Below, in pieces: positions 8,640-19,463 of a DNA stretch of 64,000 nucleotides (within the stretch, counting starts at the first letter, position 1; each line of letters begins with the position of its first letter). Position numbers and translations under genes: made by a program. This stretch comes from Candidatus Eiseniibacteriota bacterium (GTDB taxonomy: Bacteria; Eisenbacteria; RBG-16-71-46): NCBI GenBank assembly GCA_963707915.1, contig OY970178.1, positions 3,488,001 through 3,552,000 on the forward strand. Direction: 5' to 3'. The notes under the pieces were generated by a model, which worked only from the letters and a program-made list of their open reading frames with translations, ran no database searches and was not told the DNA's origin.

Positions 8640-10117
8640 ACAACGAAATCCTGGATGCGTTGAGCCAGATCACGCGCGAGAAGAGCGTGGACCGGGCGAT
8701 GCTCATCGAGACGCTCGAAGTCGGTCTCGCGAGCGCGGTCCGCCGCAAGTACGGCGCGACCGCCGAGGTCGAGGTCAAGTTCTCGAACGAGAGCGGCGCG
8801 ATCACCATCGCGCTGCGCAAGACCGTGGTCGAGAACGTCGAGGACGCCGCGCTCCAGCTCACCGTCGAGGAGGCGCGCGTCTTCCCGCAGGGTCGCAGCG
8901 CGTCGGTCGGGGACGTCCTGACGTTCCCGCTCCGCATCGAGGAATTCGGCCGGAACGCCATCCAGACCGCCAAGCAGGTGCTCATCCAGCGGGTGCGCGA
9001 GGCCGAGCGCGACCGCGTATTCCGGGAGTACTCGGACAAGATCGGCTCGCTGGTGCGCGGCGTGGTCCAGCAGGTCGACCGCGGCAACGTCATCGTCAAG
9101 CTGGACCACTCCGAGGGCTTCCTGCCGGCGCGCGAGCAGATCCCGCGCTCCTACCACCGGCAGGGCGACTACGTCCGCGCCGTGGTCATCAACGTGGACA
9201 AGTCCGCGAAGGGCCCGCAGGTGATCCTGTCGCGCACCCACCCGGACTTCCTGCGCCGGCTCTTCGAAGCCGAGGTCCCGGAGATCGCCGAGAACATCGT
9301 GGAGATCAAGGCGGTGGCCCGCGAGGCCGGGGCGCGCTCGAAGATCTCGGTCTACTCGACCGATCCGCGGGTGGACGCGGTGGGCTCGTGCGTGGGCATG
9401 AAGGGCTCGCGCGTGCAGAGCATCGTGCGCGAGCTGGGCGGCGAGCGCATCGACATCGTGCCCTGGTCGCAGGATCCGACCGTGTTCGTCTCGCGGGCCC
9501 TGTCGCCCGCGCGCGTGATGGACGTGCGCGTGGTCGAGGCCGAGAAGCGCATGGTGGTGATCGTCGCGGACGACCAGTTGTCGCTGGCCATCGGCAAGGG
9601 CGGCCAGAACGCCCGCCTGGCGGCGCGGCTGACCGGCTGGAAGATCGACTTGGTCGCCAAGAGCGAGGAGAAGAAGCGCCAGGATCTGGAGCGCGCGAGC
9701 CGCGTCGAGGTCGAGAGGCTGTCGCTGGGCGAAGCCACGACCCAGAAGCTCATCTCCGCCGGCATCGAGACCGTTCAGGAGCTGGCGGATGGCCCGATCG
9801 AGAAGCTGACCGAGATCCCGGGTATCGGCGAGAAGACCGCGGAGAAGCTGCTCGCGGTCGCCCGGGAGTACCTGGTGGCCCACCCGCCGGTGTCGCCCGA
9901 GGCGGTCCCCAGCGAGCTGGAGTTCACGCCGGAGATGGAGGCCGCCCCCGAGACCGATGCCGCCGAGCCGGGTGCGCTGCACGACGCACAGGATGTTCCG
10001 GCCCCGGCGCCTGCCGAGAGCGGGACGAGCGCGAACGCGCCGGATCCGGGCGCCCCGGGCGATGCCCCGGCGGCCGACCCGGCGACCCCGGACGAGGGAG
10101 GGGACCGTGTCGACTAG
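8636..10117 (+). CDS. nusA: Transcription termination/antitermination factor NusA
   Basis: Motifs 'FGRNAIQTAKQV', 'AREAGARSKI', 'CVGMKGSRVQ' and 'LAIGKGGQNARLAARLTGWKID'. Has an HhH repeat and a Pro/Ala/acidic tail. Confidence 0.97.
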   Translation: MNNEILDALSQITREKSVDRAMLIETLEVGLASAVRRKYGATAEVEVKFSNESGAITIALRKTVVENVEDAALQLTVEEARVFPQGRSASVGDVLTFPLRIEEFGRNAIQTAKQVLIQRVREAERDRVFREYSDKIGSLVRGVVQQVDRGNVIVKLDHSEGFLPAREQIPRSYHRQGDYVRAVVINVDKSAKGPQVILSRTHPDFLRRLFEAEVPEIAENIVEIKAVAREAGARSKISVYSTDPRVDAVGSCVGMKGSRVQSIVRELGGERIDIVPWSQDPTVFVSRALSPARVMDVRVVEAEKRMVVIVADDQLSLAIGKGGQNARLAARLTGWKIDLVAKSEEKKRQDLERASRVEVERLSLGEATTQKLISAGIETVQELADGPIEKLTEIPGIGEKTAEKLLAVAREYLVAHPPVSPEAVPSELEFTPEMEAAPETDAAEPGALHDAQDVPAPAPAESGTSANAPDPGAPGDAPAADPATPDEGGDRVD

Positions 10118-12629
10118 CCAGGGGCCGAAGAAGCTGCGCGTCTACGAGGTCGCGCGCGAACTCGACATGTCGAGCGAAGCCGTGCTGCAGATCGTGCGGC
10201 GGCTCGGCGTCGAGCTGAAGAACCACATGAGCACGCTGGTGCCCGAGACCGTCGAGAAGGTCCGGGAGGAGATCGGCAAGGAGAAGACCGCCGTCAAGGA
10301 GGAACTGCACCGTCAGCACGAGCAGGAGGTGCAGCGGGCCCGCGACGAGCGCGCCCGCGCCGCCGCGGCCGCCACCGCCGCCGCTGCCGCCCCGCCGGCC
10401 CCGGCCGCTCCGCGCACGAGCGCCCCGGCCTCGCCCGCGCGGCCCGGGACGTACCCGCCGAGCCCGCCGCGTCCCGGCGCCCGGTCCGGCGCCTATCCGC
10501 CGAGCCCGCCGCGCCCGGGGACCTACCCGCCGAGCCCGCCGCGTCCCGGGGCCCGATCCGGCGCCTATCCGCCGAGCCCGCCACGCCCCGGAACGTACCC
10601 GCCGAGCCCGCCGCGTCCCGGCGCCTCCTCGGGCCCGTCCCGCCCGGGTGGCCCTTCGCGCCCCGGCGCCCCGTCCCGTCCGGGCGCGCCCTCGGCGTCG
10701 CGCGGTCCCCAGCCGCAGCACGGGTTCCGCCGCCGGGACCGCAAGAAGAAGAAGACCGTGGACGAGCGGCTCGTGGCGGAGAGCGTCCGCAAGACCCTGG
10801 CGAGTCTCGACCAGGGCCAGCGCCGCCGGCACCACCATCGCGACGAGGAAGGCGGCGAGGCCGCGGCCGAGGCGACCAAGCTCATCCGGGCCGCCGAGTT
10901 CATCACCGTGTCCGAGCTGGCGAACCTCCTCGAGGTGCGCCCCCAGGAGGTCATCACCACCTGCATGGCGCTCGGCCTCATGGCCACGATGAACAAGCGG
11001 CTCGACAAGGATTCCCTCCAGGCGATCGCCGACGAGTTCGGCTTCGCGGTCGAGTTCGTCTCCGAGTACGCGGAGGAGGAGGAGGCCGATACCGAGGAGG
11101 CCGTCGAGGGACGCATGGTCCCGCGGCCGCCCGTGGTGACCGTGATGGGCCACGTCGACCACGGCAAGACCTCGCTGCTCGACTACATCCGCAAGACCAA
11201 CGTCATCGCGGGGGAGGCCGGCGGGATCACCCAGCACATCGGCGCCTACGAGGTGAAGGTGGCGGGGGGCAAGGACGTCACCTTCCTCGACACGCCCGGC
11301 CACGAGGCGTTCACCGCGATGCGCGCGCGCGGCGCGCAGGTCACGGACCTGGTCGTGCTGGTGGTGGCGGCCGACGACCGCGTCATGCCGCAGACCATCG
11401 AGGCCATCGATCACGCCAAGGCCGCCGGCGTTTCGATCATCGTCGCCATCAACAAGATCGACCTGCCCGGGGCGCGCCCCGATCTGGTGAAGCAGGAGCT
11501 GGCCGCGCGCGGGGTGGTGGTCGAGGAGTACGGCGGCAAGGTCGTCGCGGTCGAGGTGTCGGCCAAGAAGGGCATCAACGTCGACAAGCTGCTCGAGATG
11601 ATCGTGCTCGAGTCCGACCTGCTGGACCTCAAGGCCGACCCGACGCGGCGCGCCAAGGGCGCGGTGCTGGAGGCGCGGGTGGAGCAGGGGCGGGGCATCG
11701 TGGCGAGCGTGCTGGTGGACTCGGGCACGCTGCGCATCGGCGACGCGTTCGTGGCCGGCCAGCACTGGGGCCGCGTGCGCGCGATGTTCGACGAGCGCGG
11801 CCGCACGGTGAAGTCGGCGGGGCCCTCGACCCCGGTCGAGGTGCTCGGCTGGAACGGCACCCCGGGCGCCGGCGACATCTTCACGGCCTTCGATGACGAG
11901 CGCGAGGCGCGCGACCTGGCGAACAAGCGCCAGGCCCTGCACCGCGAGCACGAGTTCCGCGCGGCCACCAAGATCCGGCTCACCGACTTCCACGCGCGCA
12001 TGGCGCAGGGCGAGACGTCCGAGCTCAAGCTGATCATCAAGGGCGACGTGGACGGCTCGGTCGAGGCGCTCTCGGAGTCGCTCGCCAAGCTCAGCACCTC
12101 CGAGGTGCAGGTGCGCGTCATCCGGCAGGCGGTCGGGCAGATCTCGGAGTCCGACGTGCTGCTGGCGGCGGCATCCGACGCCATCATCGTGGGCTTCCAC
12201 ACCCGGCCCGACCCCAAGGCGCGCGAGCTGGCCGAGCGCGAGAAGGTCGAGATCCGCTTCTACGACATCATCTACAAGGCCGTCGAAGAGGTGCGGTCGG
12301 CGCTCGAGGGGCTGCTCAAGCCCGAGCTCAAGGACGTCGTCACCGGATCGGCGGAGGTCCGCCAGGTGTTCCGGCTCTCGAAGGCGGGCACGGTCGCCGG
12401 CTGCATGGTCAGCTCGGGCACGATCCCGCGCACGGGCAAGGTGCGGCTGCTGCGCGCCGGGGCCGTGGAGTGGACCGGCCGCATCGCCGCGCTCAAGCGC
12501 TTCAAGGACGACGTCCGCGAGGTCCTGGCCGGTTTCGAGTGCGGCATCACCCTCGAGGGGCGCGACGACATCAAGGTCGGCGACGTCATCGAGGCGTTCA
12601 ACATCGAGGAGCTGGCCCGGACGCTGTAG
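10107..12629 (+). CDS. infB: Translation initiation factor IF-2
   Basis: GTG at 10107 after GGAGG. Motifs 'RVYEVARE', '[13 protein letters not shown]', 'DTPGHEAF', 'NKID' and 'GFECGI'. Confidence 0.97.
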   Translation: MSTSQGPKKLRVYEVARELDMSSEAVLQIVRRLGVELKNHMSTLVPETVEKVREEIGKEKTAVKEELHRQHEQEVQRARDERARAAAAATAAAAAPPAPAAPRTSAPASPARPGTYPPSPPRPGARSGAYPPSPPRPGTYPPSPPRPGARSGAYPPSPPRPGTYPPSPPRPGASSGPSRPGGPSRPGAPSRPGAPSASRGPQPQHGFRRRDRKKKKTVDERLVAESVRKTLASLDQGQRRRHHHRDEEGGEAAAEATKLIRAAEFITVSELANLLEVRPQEVITTCMALGLMATMNKRLDKDSLQAIADEFGFAVEFVSEYAEEEEADTEEAVEGRMVPRPPVVTVMGHVDHGKTSLLDYIRKTNVIAGEAGGITQHIGAYEVKVAGGKDVTFLDTPGHEAFTAMRARGAQVTDLVVLVVAADDRVMPQTIEAIDHAKAAGVSIIVAINKIDLPGARPDLVKQELAARGVVVEEYGGKVVAVEVSAKKGINVDKLLEMIVLESDLLDLKADPTRRAKGAVLEARVEQGRGIVASVLVDSGTLRIGDAFVAGQHWGRVRAMFDERGRTVKSAGPSTPVEVLGWNGTPGAGDIFTAFDDEREARDLANKRQALHREHEFRAATKIRLTDFHARMAQGETSELKLIIKGDVDGSVEALSESLAKLSTSEVQVRVIRQAVGQISESDVLLAAASDAIIVGFHTRPDPKARELAEREKVEIRFYDIIYKAVEEVRSALEGLLKPELKDVVTGSAEVRQVFRLSKAGTVAGCMVSSGTIPRTGKVRLLRAGAVEWTGRIAALKRFKDDVREVLAGFECGITLEGRDDIKVGDVIEAFNIEELARTL
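10449..10622 (+). repeat. 72-bp tandem repeat in infB encoding five YPPSPPRPG units
   Basis: [10 protein letters not shown] starts at 10449, 10521 and 10593, alternating with [14 protein letters not shown]. Confidence 0.9.
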
Positions 12630-12677
12630 CCCGGCCGGCCGGGCCGGTCCAGGCCGCGCTTCCCCGGGTGGCTCGCC

Positions 12678-12959
12678 ATGTTCGTCGGTGTCGTGCGCAT
12701 CGAGCTGCACCTGCCCGGCGCCTCGTCGCTCAAGGACAAGCGCGCGGTGCTGCGCAGCCTGAAGGACCGCATCCGTCAGCGCGTGCGGGCCGCGGTGGCC
12801 GAGGTGGACCACCAGGATCTCTGGCAGCGGGCCGCGCTCGGCGTGGCGGTGGTCTCCGGGGAACGGCGCCAGGTCGGCGAGTTGCTGCAGTCGGTGCGCC
12901 AGCTCGCCGACGGCACGCCCGGCGCCGAGGTCATCGACTGGCAGGAGACGCTGCTGTGA
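12678..12959 (+). CDS. DUF503 (YlxP-like) protein
   Basis: Motifs 'SLKDKRAVLRSL' and 'AEVDHQDLWQRA'. Occupies the canonical position between infB and rbfA. Confidence 0.9.
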   Translation: MFVGVVRIELHLPGASSLKDKRAVLRSLKDRIRQRVRAAVAEVDHQDLWQRAALGVAVVSGERRQVGELLQSVRQLADGTPGAEVIDWQETLL

Positions 12960-13333
12960 GGATCCGTCCGGAACGCGTGGCCGAGCTGATGAAGCGGGAG
13001 ATCGCGGGCATCCTCGCCCGCGACCTGCGCGACCCGCGCGTGACCACCATGGTGAGCGTCACCGAGGTCGAGGTGAGCCACGACCTGTCCTTTGCGCGTG
13101 TCTTCGTGAGCGTGCTTGCGGACGGCGAGGAGCGCGAGCGCACGCTCGCGGCGCTCCAGCGCGCGGCGGGCTTCGTCCGCCACCAGCTCGCCCCGCGTCT
13201 CGGCCTGCGCGAGGTCCCCGGCCTGCGCTTCGTGCACGACGCCTCCATCGAGCGCGGCGCGCGCGTCGAGGAGATCCTCAAGAAGATCGAGCGGGGTGAG
13301 ACGGCCGGGGACGAGGGGGAAGGAGAGGCGTGA
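12956..13333 (+). CDS. rbfA: Ribosome-binding factor A
   Basis: GTG overlaps the upstream stop. Motifs 'RPERVAELMKREI', 'VTEVEVSHDLSFARVFV' and 'LRFVHDASIERG'. Confidence 0.95.
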   Translation: MRIRPERVAELMKREIAGILARDLRDPRVTTMVSVTEVEVSHDLSFARVFVSVLADGEERERTLAALQRAAGFVRHQLAPRLGLREVPGLRFVHDASIERGARVEEILKKIERGETAGDEGEGEA

Positions 13334-14316
13334 CCGCGCCGCCCGCCGGGAGCGGCCCCGCCGAGCCCGGGGAGCCCCGGGAGGCCTGGTCGGGCCTGCT
13401 GCGGGTGGACAAGCCCGCGGGCGTGACCTCGCACGACGTGGTGGCCGTCGTGCGGCGACGCCTGCGGGTCAGGAGCGCGGGGCACCTCGGCACCCTCGAC
13501 CCGGGTGCCAGCGGGCTGCTGGTGCTGGTCCTGGGCGCGGCCACGCGCTGTGCGCAGGTCTGGCAGCGGGGGCTCAAGACCTACGAGGCGACCGTGCGCT
13601 TCGGCGTCGTCACCCGCACGCAGGACCTGCAGGGCGAGGTGCTGGAGCGGCGCGAGGTGGCGCTCGACGAGCGCCAGGTGCGCGAGGCGGCGGCCGCGTT
13701 CACCGGCGAGATCGAACAGGTGCCTCCCATGGTCTCGGCCCTCAAGGTGGGCGGCCAGCGCCTGCACCGGCTGGAGCGGCGCGGCGAGGTCGTGGAGCGC
13801 GCGCCGCGCCGCGTCACCGTCCACTCGTGGGAGTGGACCGGGTTCGCGCTGCCCGAGGCGAGCTTCCGGGTGGTCGTCTCCGGGGGCACCTACGTCCGCA
13901 CGCTCGCGCACGACCTCGGTGCGCGGCTCGGGACCGGGGGGGCGCTGAAGAGCCTGCGACGGCTGCGCAGCGAGCCCTTCGGCCTCGAGGGCGCCCTCGG
14001 GCTGCGCGATCTCGACACCGCCACGCCCGAGGAGGCGTTCGGACGCGCGGGGGTGCCGCTGGCCGAGGCGCTGCGCGTGCTGCCGCTGGTGGCGCTCGAT
14101 GCTGCCGGGGCCGCGGAGCTGGGCTTCGGCCGCAGCCCGACGGTGGAGCCGGGGACGGCGCCGCTGCGCGCCGGACCGCGCTCCGTGGTCTTCTGCGGCC
14201 CCGCCGGCGAGCCGCTCGCCCTGGGGGAGCTCGAGCCCGATCCGGCGCGGCCCGGCGCGGCGCTCGCCCGTCCCCACGTGGTCTTCCCGTGGGCCGTGCG
14301 GCAGGGGCGGTCGTGA
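13330..14316 (+). CDS. truB: tRNA pseudouridine(55) synthase TruB
   Basis: Motifs '[12 protein letters not shown]', '[12 protein letters not shown]', '[13 protein letters not shown]' and '[12 protein letters not shown]'. Confidence 0.95.
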   Translation: MTAPPAGSGPAEPGEPREAWSGLLRVDKPAGVTSHDVVAVVRRRLRVRSAGHLGTLDPGASGLLVLVLGAATRCAQVWQRGLKTYEATVRFGVVTRTQDLQGEVLERREVALDERQVREAAAAFTGEIEQVPPMVSALKVGGQRLHRLERRGEVVERAPRRVTVHSWEWTGFALPEASFRVVVSGGTYVRTLAHDLGARLGTGGALKSLRRLRSEPFGLEGALGLRDLDTATPEEAFGRAGVPLAEALRVLPLVALDAAGAAELGFGRSPTVEPGTAPLRAGPRSVVFCGPAGEPLALGELEPDPARPGAALARPHVVFPWAVRQGRS

Positions 14317-15221
14317 GCGCGCCGCAGGGCGCCGCGGTGAGCGTCGGCGTCTTCGACGGCGTGCACCTCGGGCACCGCGGGATCCTCGAGGTCGCGCTCG
14401 CGCGCGCGCGCGGGGGCCGGTGCGCCGTGGTGTCGTTCGACCCGCACCCCGACCTGGTCCTGGCGCGCTCCTTCCGCGCCCCGGCACCGCTCACCCCGCT
14501 GCCCGAGCGCCGCGAGCGCATCGCCGCGCTCGGCATCCACGAGCTGGACGTGATCCCCTTCACGCGCGAGCTGGCGGCGCTCGAGCCCGAGGAGTTCGTC
14601 GCCCGCCACCTGGTGGGGCCGTACCACCTGCACACGCTGGTGGTGGGCGAGGGGTTCGCGCTCGGCCGCGGACGCCGGGGCGACGTGCCGCGCCTGCGCG
14701 GGATCGGCGCGCGCGAGGGCTTCGAGGTCGTCGCGGTGCCGCTGCTCGAGCGGGACGGCGCCCCGGTGAGCAGCACGCGCATCCGCGCCCTGCTCGAGGC
14801 GGGCCGGGTGGCCGAGGCCGCGCGCCTGCTCGGCCGCCGCTACGAACTGCGCGGACGCGTGGTGCGCGGCGAGGCGATCGGGCGCGAGCTCGGCTACCCG
14901 ACCGCGAACCTGCGGCTGCACGAGGAGAAGTTCGTGCCGGGCGACGGGGTCTACGCGGCCCGGGCGCGCATCGGGGCCGCGACCGCGTGGCGCGCGGCCG
15001 CGATGAGCATCGGCGTGCGCCCCACCTTCGACGGCCAGGCTCGCGCCCTCGAGGCCTACCTGCTCGACTGGGACGGCGACCTGGTGGATCGCGACCTCGA
15101 GGTCGAGCTGGTGGACTGGGTCCGGCCGCAGGAACGCTTCGCGAGCCGGGAGGCGCTGGTCGCGGCGATGGGCCGCGATGTGGCCGAGGTGCGAAGGCGG
15201 CTCGATGCCGCTTCCGGGTGA
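14313..15221 (+). CDS. ribF: Bifunctional riboflavin kinase/FAD synthetase
   Basis: GTG at 14313. Motifs '[10 protein letters not shown]', 'SSTRIR', '[10 protein letters not shown]' and 'EAYLLD'. Confidence 0.95.
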   Translation: MSAPQGAAVSVGVFDGVHLGHRGILEVALARARGGRCAVVSFDPHPDLVLARSFRAPAPLTPLPERRERIAALGIHELDVIPFTRELAALEPEEFVARHLVGPYHLHTLVVGEGFALGRGRRGDVPRLRGIGAREGFEVVAVPLLERDGAPVSSTRIRALLEAGRVAEAARLLGRRYELRGRVVRGEAIGRELGYPTANLRLHEEKFVPGDGVYAARARIGAATAWRAAAMSIGVRPTFDGQARALEAYLLDWDGDLVDRDLEVELVDWVRPQERFASREALVAAMGRDVAEVRRRLDAASG

Positions 15222-15337
15222 GCGTCGCCGGGACAGCTCAAGGCCGAGCGCATGGTGCCTCTGCTCGGTCGAGGCCGCTCCAGCTCCTCCGACGACAAGG
15301 CAGCATTCTGCCCACTTTTGGGCTCCCGGCCCGGTCT

Positions 15338-15366
15338 TTGCCAAGGGGCCGTCCGGGTGGTAGGTT
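15338..15366 (+). promoter_or_regulatory. Sigma70-type promoter of rpsO-pnp
   Basis: TTGCCA (15338-15343), 17-nt spacer, TAGGTT (15361-15366) with a TG extension. Confidence 0.55.
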
Positions 15367-15475
15367 CTCCCGTCCGCCCCCGGTCGTGGGGCGGCTCTCC
15401 AACGCTCGGCCATGCGGGAGCTTGAACCCGATGGGCTGGGCCATTCACTTCCTTCGCAGGCAGGAGGAGATCGCC

Positions 15476-15745
15476 GTGACGCTCTCCAAGGATCAGAAGC
15501 AGGGGATCATCGGCAAGTTCAAGCTTCATGAAGGAGACTCGGGTTCGCCCGAGGTGCAGATCGCGCTGCTCACCGAGAAGATCCACTACCTCACCGAGCA
15601 CTTCAAGATCCACAAGCGCGATCATGCCTCCCGCCGCGGATTGCTCCGCATGGTGGGCCAGCGGCGCCGGCTGCTGGATTACCTCAAGGCCACCAAGGTG
15701 GACCGTTACCGCAAGGTCGTGAAGGATCTGGGCCTGCGCCGTTAG
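15476..15745 (+). CDS. rpsO: 30S ribosomal protein S15
   Basis: GTG after GGAGGAG, 89 aa. Motifs '[13 protein letters not shown]' and '[22 protein letters not shown]'. Confidence 0.97.
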   Translation: MTLSKDQKQGIIGKFKLHEGDSGSPEVQIALLTEKIHYLTEHFKIHKRDHASRRGLLRMVGQRRRLLDYLKATKVDRYRKVVKDLGLRR

Positions 15746-15901
15746 CCGGACCCGGAGCGGGGAGCGCCCGATCGACGCGGTGCTTCCCTGTGCGGGGGAA
15801 CCGTTCCCCCTGCCGCGCCCCCGTTGGACCGCTTCCCCGGGGAGCGCTCGTCGGACCCTGGCGGGTGCCCGGGTCGCAAGGCGAGAGGACAGGACTGGTT
15901 G

Positions 15902-18082
15902 ATGGAAGAGCACAAGGTAGAGGTGCAGCTGGGAGAGCGGACGCTCTCGATTCGCACCGGCAAGTGGGCCAAGCTGGCGGGCGGATCCGCCGTGGTCCAG
16001 CTGGGTGACACGGTCGTGCTGGTGGCGGCGAGCGCCGCCAAGTCGGCGAGCCCCGATCGCGATTTCGTCCCCCTCACGGTGGACTATCGCGAACGCACGT
16101 ACGCGGCGGGCCGGATCCCGGGCGGGTTCTTCAAGCGTGAAGGACGCCCCACCGAGAAGGAAGTGCTGTCGTCGCGGTTGATCGACCGGCCGGTGCGGCC
16201 GCTGTTCCACAAGGCGTTCCCCTACGAGACGCAGATCATGGCCACGGTGGTGTCCTCCGACCAGGAGAACGACGCCGACGTGCTGGCCCTGGTCGGGGCG
16301 TCCACCTCGATGTGCCTCTCCGACATCCCGTTCCCCGAGCCCTTCGCCGGCGTGCGGGTCGGTCGCGTCGACGGCGCGTTCGTCGTGAATCCCACCTCGG
16401 TCCAGCTCGAGGAGAGCGACATGGACATGGTGGTGGCGGGCACGGCGGACAACATCATCATGGCGGAAGGCGGCACGCGCGAGGTGTCCGAGGCGGACCT
16501 GCTCGCGGCGCTCCAGTTCGCGATGGAGTACATCCGCCCGATCGTCGCCGCGCAGCGCGAGCTCGTGGCCCGCTGCGGCAAGACCAAGCGGCCGCTGGTG
16601 ACCCCGCCCGACACCGCGGAGCTCCGCTCGGCGCTCGAGCAGGGCTACCGCGAGCGCCTGCGCCAGGCGATCCGCATCCCTGGCAAGGAGGCGCGCCAGG
16701 AGGAGGTGGACCGCATCAAGACCGACGCGGTCGCGGCGCTCAAGGAGCGCTTCGCCGCGCAGGAGCTCTACATCGGCCGGATCCTGCACGACATCGAGCG
16801 TGACGAGCTGCGCGAGATGGTGCTCGGCGAGGGCGTGCGCGCCGACGGCCGCGGCGTGAACGACATCCGCAAGGTGACGGTCGAGGTGGGCGTGCTGCCG
16901 CGCACCCACGGCTCGTGCCTCTTCACCCGCGGCGAGACCCAGGCGCTGGCGGTGTGCACGCTCGGCACCAAGCAGGACGAGCAGCGCATCGAGGAGCTGG
17001 AAGGGCAGTCGTGGAAGAGCTACATGCTCCACTACAACTTCCCGCCCTTCAGCGTGGGCGAGGTTCGTCCCATCCGCGGCCCGGGCCGGCGTGAGATCGG
17101 GCACGGGGCGCTGGCCGAGCGGGCCATCGAGCCGATGATCCCGGCGGACACGTCCTTCCCCTACACCATCCGGCTGGTGAGCGACATCCTCGAATCGAAC
17201 GGCTCGTCGTCGATGGCGACCGTGTGCGGCAGCTCGATGGCCCTCATGGACGCGGGCGTGCCGATCAAGTCGCCGGTGGCCGGGATCGCCATGGGGCTCG
17301 TCAAGGAGGGGGACCGCGTCGCGGTGCTGACCGACATCCTGGGCGTCGAGGACCATCTCGGCGACATGGACTTCAAGGTCACCGGCACGCGCGCCGGCGT
17401 GACCGCCTTCCAGATGGACACCAAGATCGGCGGGATCTCCTTCGACGTCATGCGGGACGCGATGGACTGCGCCCGCCGCGGACGCGTCCACATCCTCGAC
17501 ATCATGGCGACCGCGTTGCCGACGGCGCGCGCCGAGATGTCGCCGTTCGCGCCGCGCATCACCATCATCAACATCCCGCCCGACAAGATCCGCGAGGTCA
17601 TCGGGCCGGGCGGCAAGATCATCAAGAAGATCACCGAGGAGACCGGGGCCCAGATCGACATCGAGGACAGCGGCGAGGTGCGGATCGCGGCGATCAGCCG
17701 CGAGTCCGGTCGCCGGGCCGAGGAGTTCATCCGGAACATCATCGAGGACCCCGAGGTCGGGCGGGTCTACCAGGGCAAGGTGCGCAGCATCGTCACCTTC
17801 GGCGCGTTCGTCGAGATCGTGCCGGGGCGCGACGGGTTGCTGCACATCTCGGAGATCGACTACCACCGCGTGGCACGCACCGAGGACGTCCTCAACCTGG
17901 GCGACATCGTGATGGTGAAGGTCATCGGCGTGGACCGCGACGGCAAGATCAAGCTCTCGCGCAAGGCGCTGCTGCCGGAGCCTCCGGGCTACGTCGCTCC
18001 GCCGCCGCGCGAGGAGCGCGACCGGGACCGCGGGGGCGATCGGGGCCGTGACCGCGACCGGGGCCGCGGGCCGCGTCGCTAG
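15902..18082 (+). CDS. pnp: Polyribonucleotide nucleotidyltransferase (PNPase)
   Basis: Motifs 'AAGRIPGGFFKREGRP', 'HGSCLFTRGETQ', 'ESNGSSSMATVC' and 'EDHLGDMDFK', plus KH and S1 domains. Confidence 0.97.
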   Translation: MEEHKVEVQLGERTLSIRTGKWAKLAGGSAVVQLGDTVVLVAASAAKSASPDRDFVPLTVDYRERTYAAGRIPGGFFKREGRPTEKEVLSSRLIDRPVRPLFHKAFPYETQIMATVVSSDQENDADVLALVGASTSMCLSDIPFPEPFAGVRVGRVDGAFVVNPTSVQLEESDMDMVVAGTADNIIMAEGGTREVSEADLLAALQFAMEYIRPIVAAQRELVARCGKTKRPLVTPPDTAELRSALEQGYRERLRQAIRIPGKEARQEEVDRIKTDAVAALKERFAAQELYIGRILHDIERDELREMVLGEGVRADGRGVNDIRKVTVEVGVLPRTHGSCLFTRGETQALAVCTLGTKQDEQRIEELEGQSWKSYMLHYNFPPFSVGEVRPIRGPGRREIGHGALAERAIEPMIPADTSFPYTIRLVSDILESNGSSSMATVCGSSMALMDAGVPIKSPVAGIAMGLVKEGDRVAVLTDILGVEDHLGDMDFKVTGTRAGVTAFQMDTKIGGISFDVMRDAMDCARRGRVHILDIMATALPTARAEMSPFAPRITIINIPPDKIREVIGPGGKIIKKITEETGAQIDIEDSGEVRIAAISRESGRRAEEFIRNIIEDPEVGRVYQGKVRSIVTFGAFVEIVPGRDGLLHISEIDYHRVARTEDVLNLGDIVMVKVIGVDRDGKIKLSRKALLPEPPGYVAPPPREERDRDRGGDRGRDRDRGRGPRR

Positions 18083-18103
18083 CTGCAGACAGTCGAAGGC
18101 CGG

Positions 18104-18137
18104 GCCGGGTGGCAGGGCGACCTGCCACTCGGCGTTT
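18104..18137 (+). terminator. Stem-loop after pnp (terminator-like)
   Basis: GCCGGGTGGCAGG-GCGA-CCTGCCACTCGGC forms a 13-bp stem with a GNRA loop, followed by a short GTTT tail. Confidence 0.6.
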
Positions 18138-18176
18138 GGCTCGGGAGCGCAGTCCCCGGGGATCGGGCCACCAGTG

Positions 18177-19463
18177 ATGGACGCTGACCTCTACCGCAAG
18201 ACCGTCCTGCCCTCGGGGATCACGGTGCTCACCGAGCGCATCCCCGAGCGGCGCTCGCTGGCGCTGGGCGTGTGGGTGCGCAACGGGGCGCGCGACGAGC
18301 CGGGCGAATGGCTCGGGATCTCGCACTTCATCGAGCACATGATGTTCAAAGGCACCGAGCGCCGCGACGCCCGGGCCATCGCCGCCAGCCTCGAGTCGCT
18401 GGGCGGGCACCTCGACGCCTACACCGGCCGCGAGGAGGTGTGCTACTACGCCCGCGCCCTGGCCGAGCACCTGCCCGACGTCGCGGACGTGCTGGCGGAC
18501 ATCGTCTGCCGCTCGAGCTTCGCCGGCCCCGAGGTCGACCGCGAGAAGTCGGTGGTGCGCGAGGAGATCGCCTCGGTCGAGGACAACCCCGAGGACAAGG
18601 TCACCGAGATCCTGTCCGAGCAGCTCTGGCCCGGGCATCCGCTCGGGCGGCCCATCCTGGGCACGGACGACACGGTCGGCCGGCTCGACAGCGCCTGCCT
18701 GAAGGACTACTTCCGCAGCCGCTACCGCGCCGCGGACCTGGTGATCGCGGCGACGGGCGCGGTCGAGCACGAGCGCGTAGCCGAGGTCGTCGCCGGGCAT
18801 TTCGCTCCGCCCTCCGGGCCGGCCCTGCCGCTCTCGGGCCCGCCCGCCGGGTTCGTGCCGGGCGTGCGCCACGAGACGCGCGAGGACCTGCACCAGCTCT
18901 ATCTCGCGCTCGGCACGCGCGGGCTGGGCTACGACGATCCCGACCGGCACGCGCTGATCGTGCTCAACACGCTGCTGGGCGGCGGGATGAGCTCGCGGCT
19001 CTTCCAGAGCGTGCGCGAGGACGCCGGGCTGGCCTACTCGGTGTTCTCCTCGGCGGACTTCCACCGCGAGGCCGGGCTGATCACCATCCAGCTGGGCGTC
19101 GCGCCGGACCGCGGCCGCGAGGCGCTCGCGCGCGTGCGCCGGGAACTCGAGACGCTGGTGCACGACGGCCCGTCGGAGGAGGAGGTCGCCGCGGCGCGCT
19201 TCCAGATCCGGGGCAGCGTGGTCATGGGGCAGGAGAGCGTCTCGAGCCGGATGGTCCACCTGGCGCACGAGGAGATCTACCGCGGCACGTACTCCTCGCC
19301 CGACGAGCAGCTCGAGCGCGTGCTCGCCGTGACCCGCGACCAGGTCGTGGAGATGGCGCGGCGCGTGCTGCCGCCCGGCCGCTTCGCGTTGAGCGCGATC
19401 GGCCCGGCGACCGGCGAACCGATCGACGAGCGGGACTGGCCGGTGGAGACGGGCCCGGCCTAG
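18177..19463 (+). CDS. M16 family zinc protease (pitrilysin/PqqL-like)
   Basis: Inverted zinc motif HFIEH, plus 'GGGMSSRLFQSVRE..GLAYSV'. Typical position after pnp. Confidence 0.92.
   Translation: MDADLYRKTVLPSGITVLTERIPERRSLALGVWVRNGARDEPGEWLGISHFIEHMMFKGTERRDARAIAASLESLGGHLDAYTGREEVCYYARALAEHLPDVADVLADIVCRSSFAGPEVDREKSVVREEIASVEDNPEDKVTEILSEQLWPGHPLGRPILGTDDTVGRLDSACLKDYFRSRYRAADLVIAATGAVEHERVAEVVAGHFAPPSGPALPLSGPPAGFVPGVRHETREDLHQLYLALGTRGLGYDDPDRHALIVLNTLLGGGMSSRLFQSVREDAGLAYSVFSSADFHREAGLITIQLGVAPDRGREALARVRRELETLVHDGPSEEEVAAARFQIRGSVVMGQESVSSRMVHLAHEEIYRGTYSSPDEQLERVLAVTRDQVVEMARRVLPPGRFALSAIGPATGEPIDERDWPVETGPA

Noticed and set aside
15746..15901. Hairpins between rpsO and pnp as a novel ncRNA
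   Set aside because: Stem-loops at this position are expected (rpsO terminator / pnp processing leader), and GC-rich DNA folds readily.
18010..18082. RD/RG repeat at the PNPase C-terminus
   Set aside because: Charged low-complexity tails are common on PNPase.
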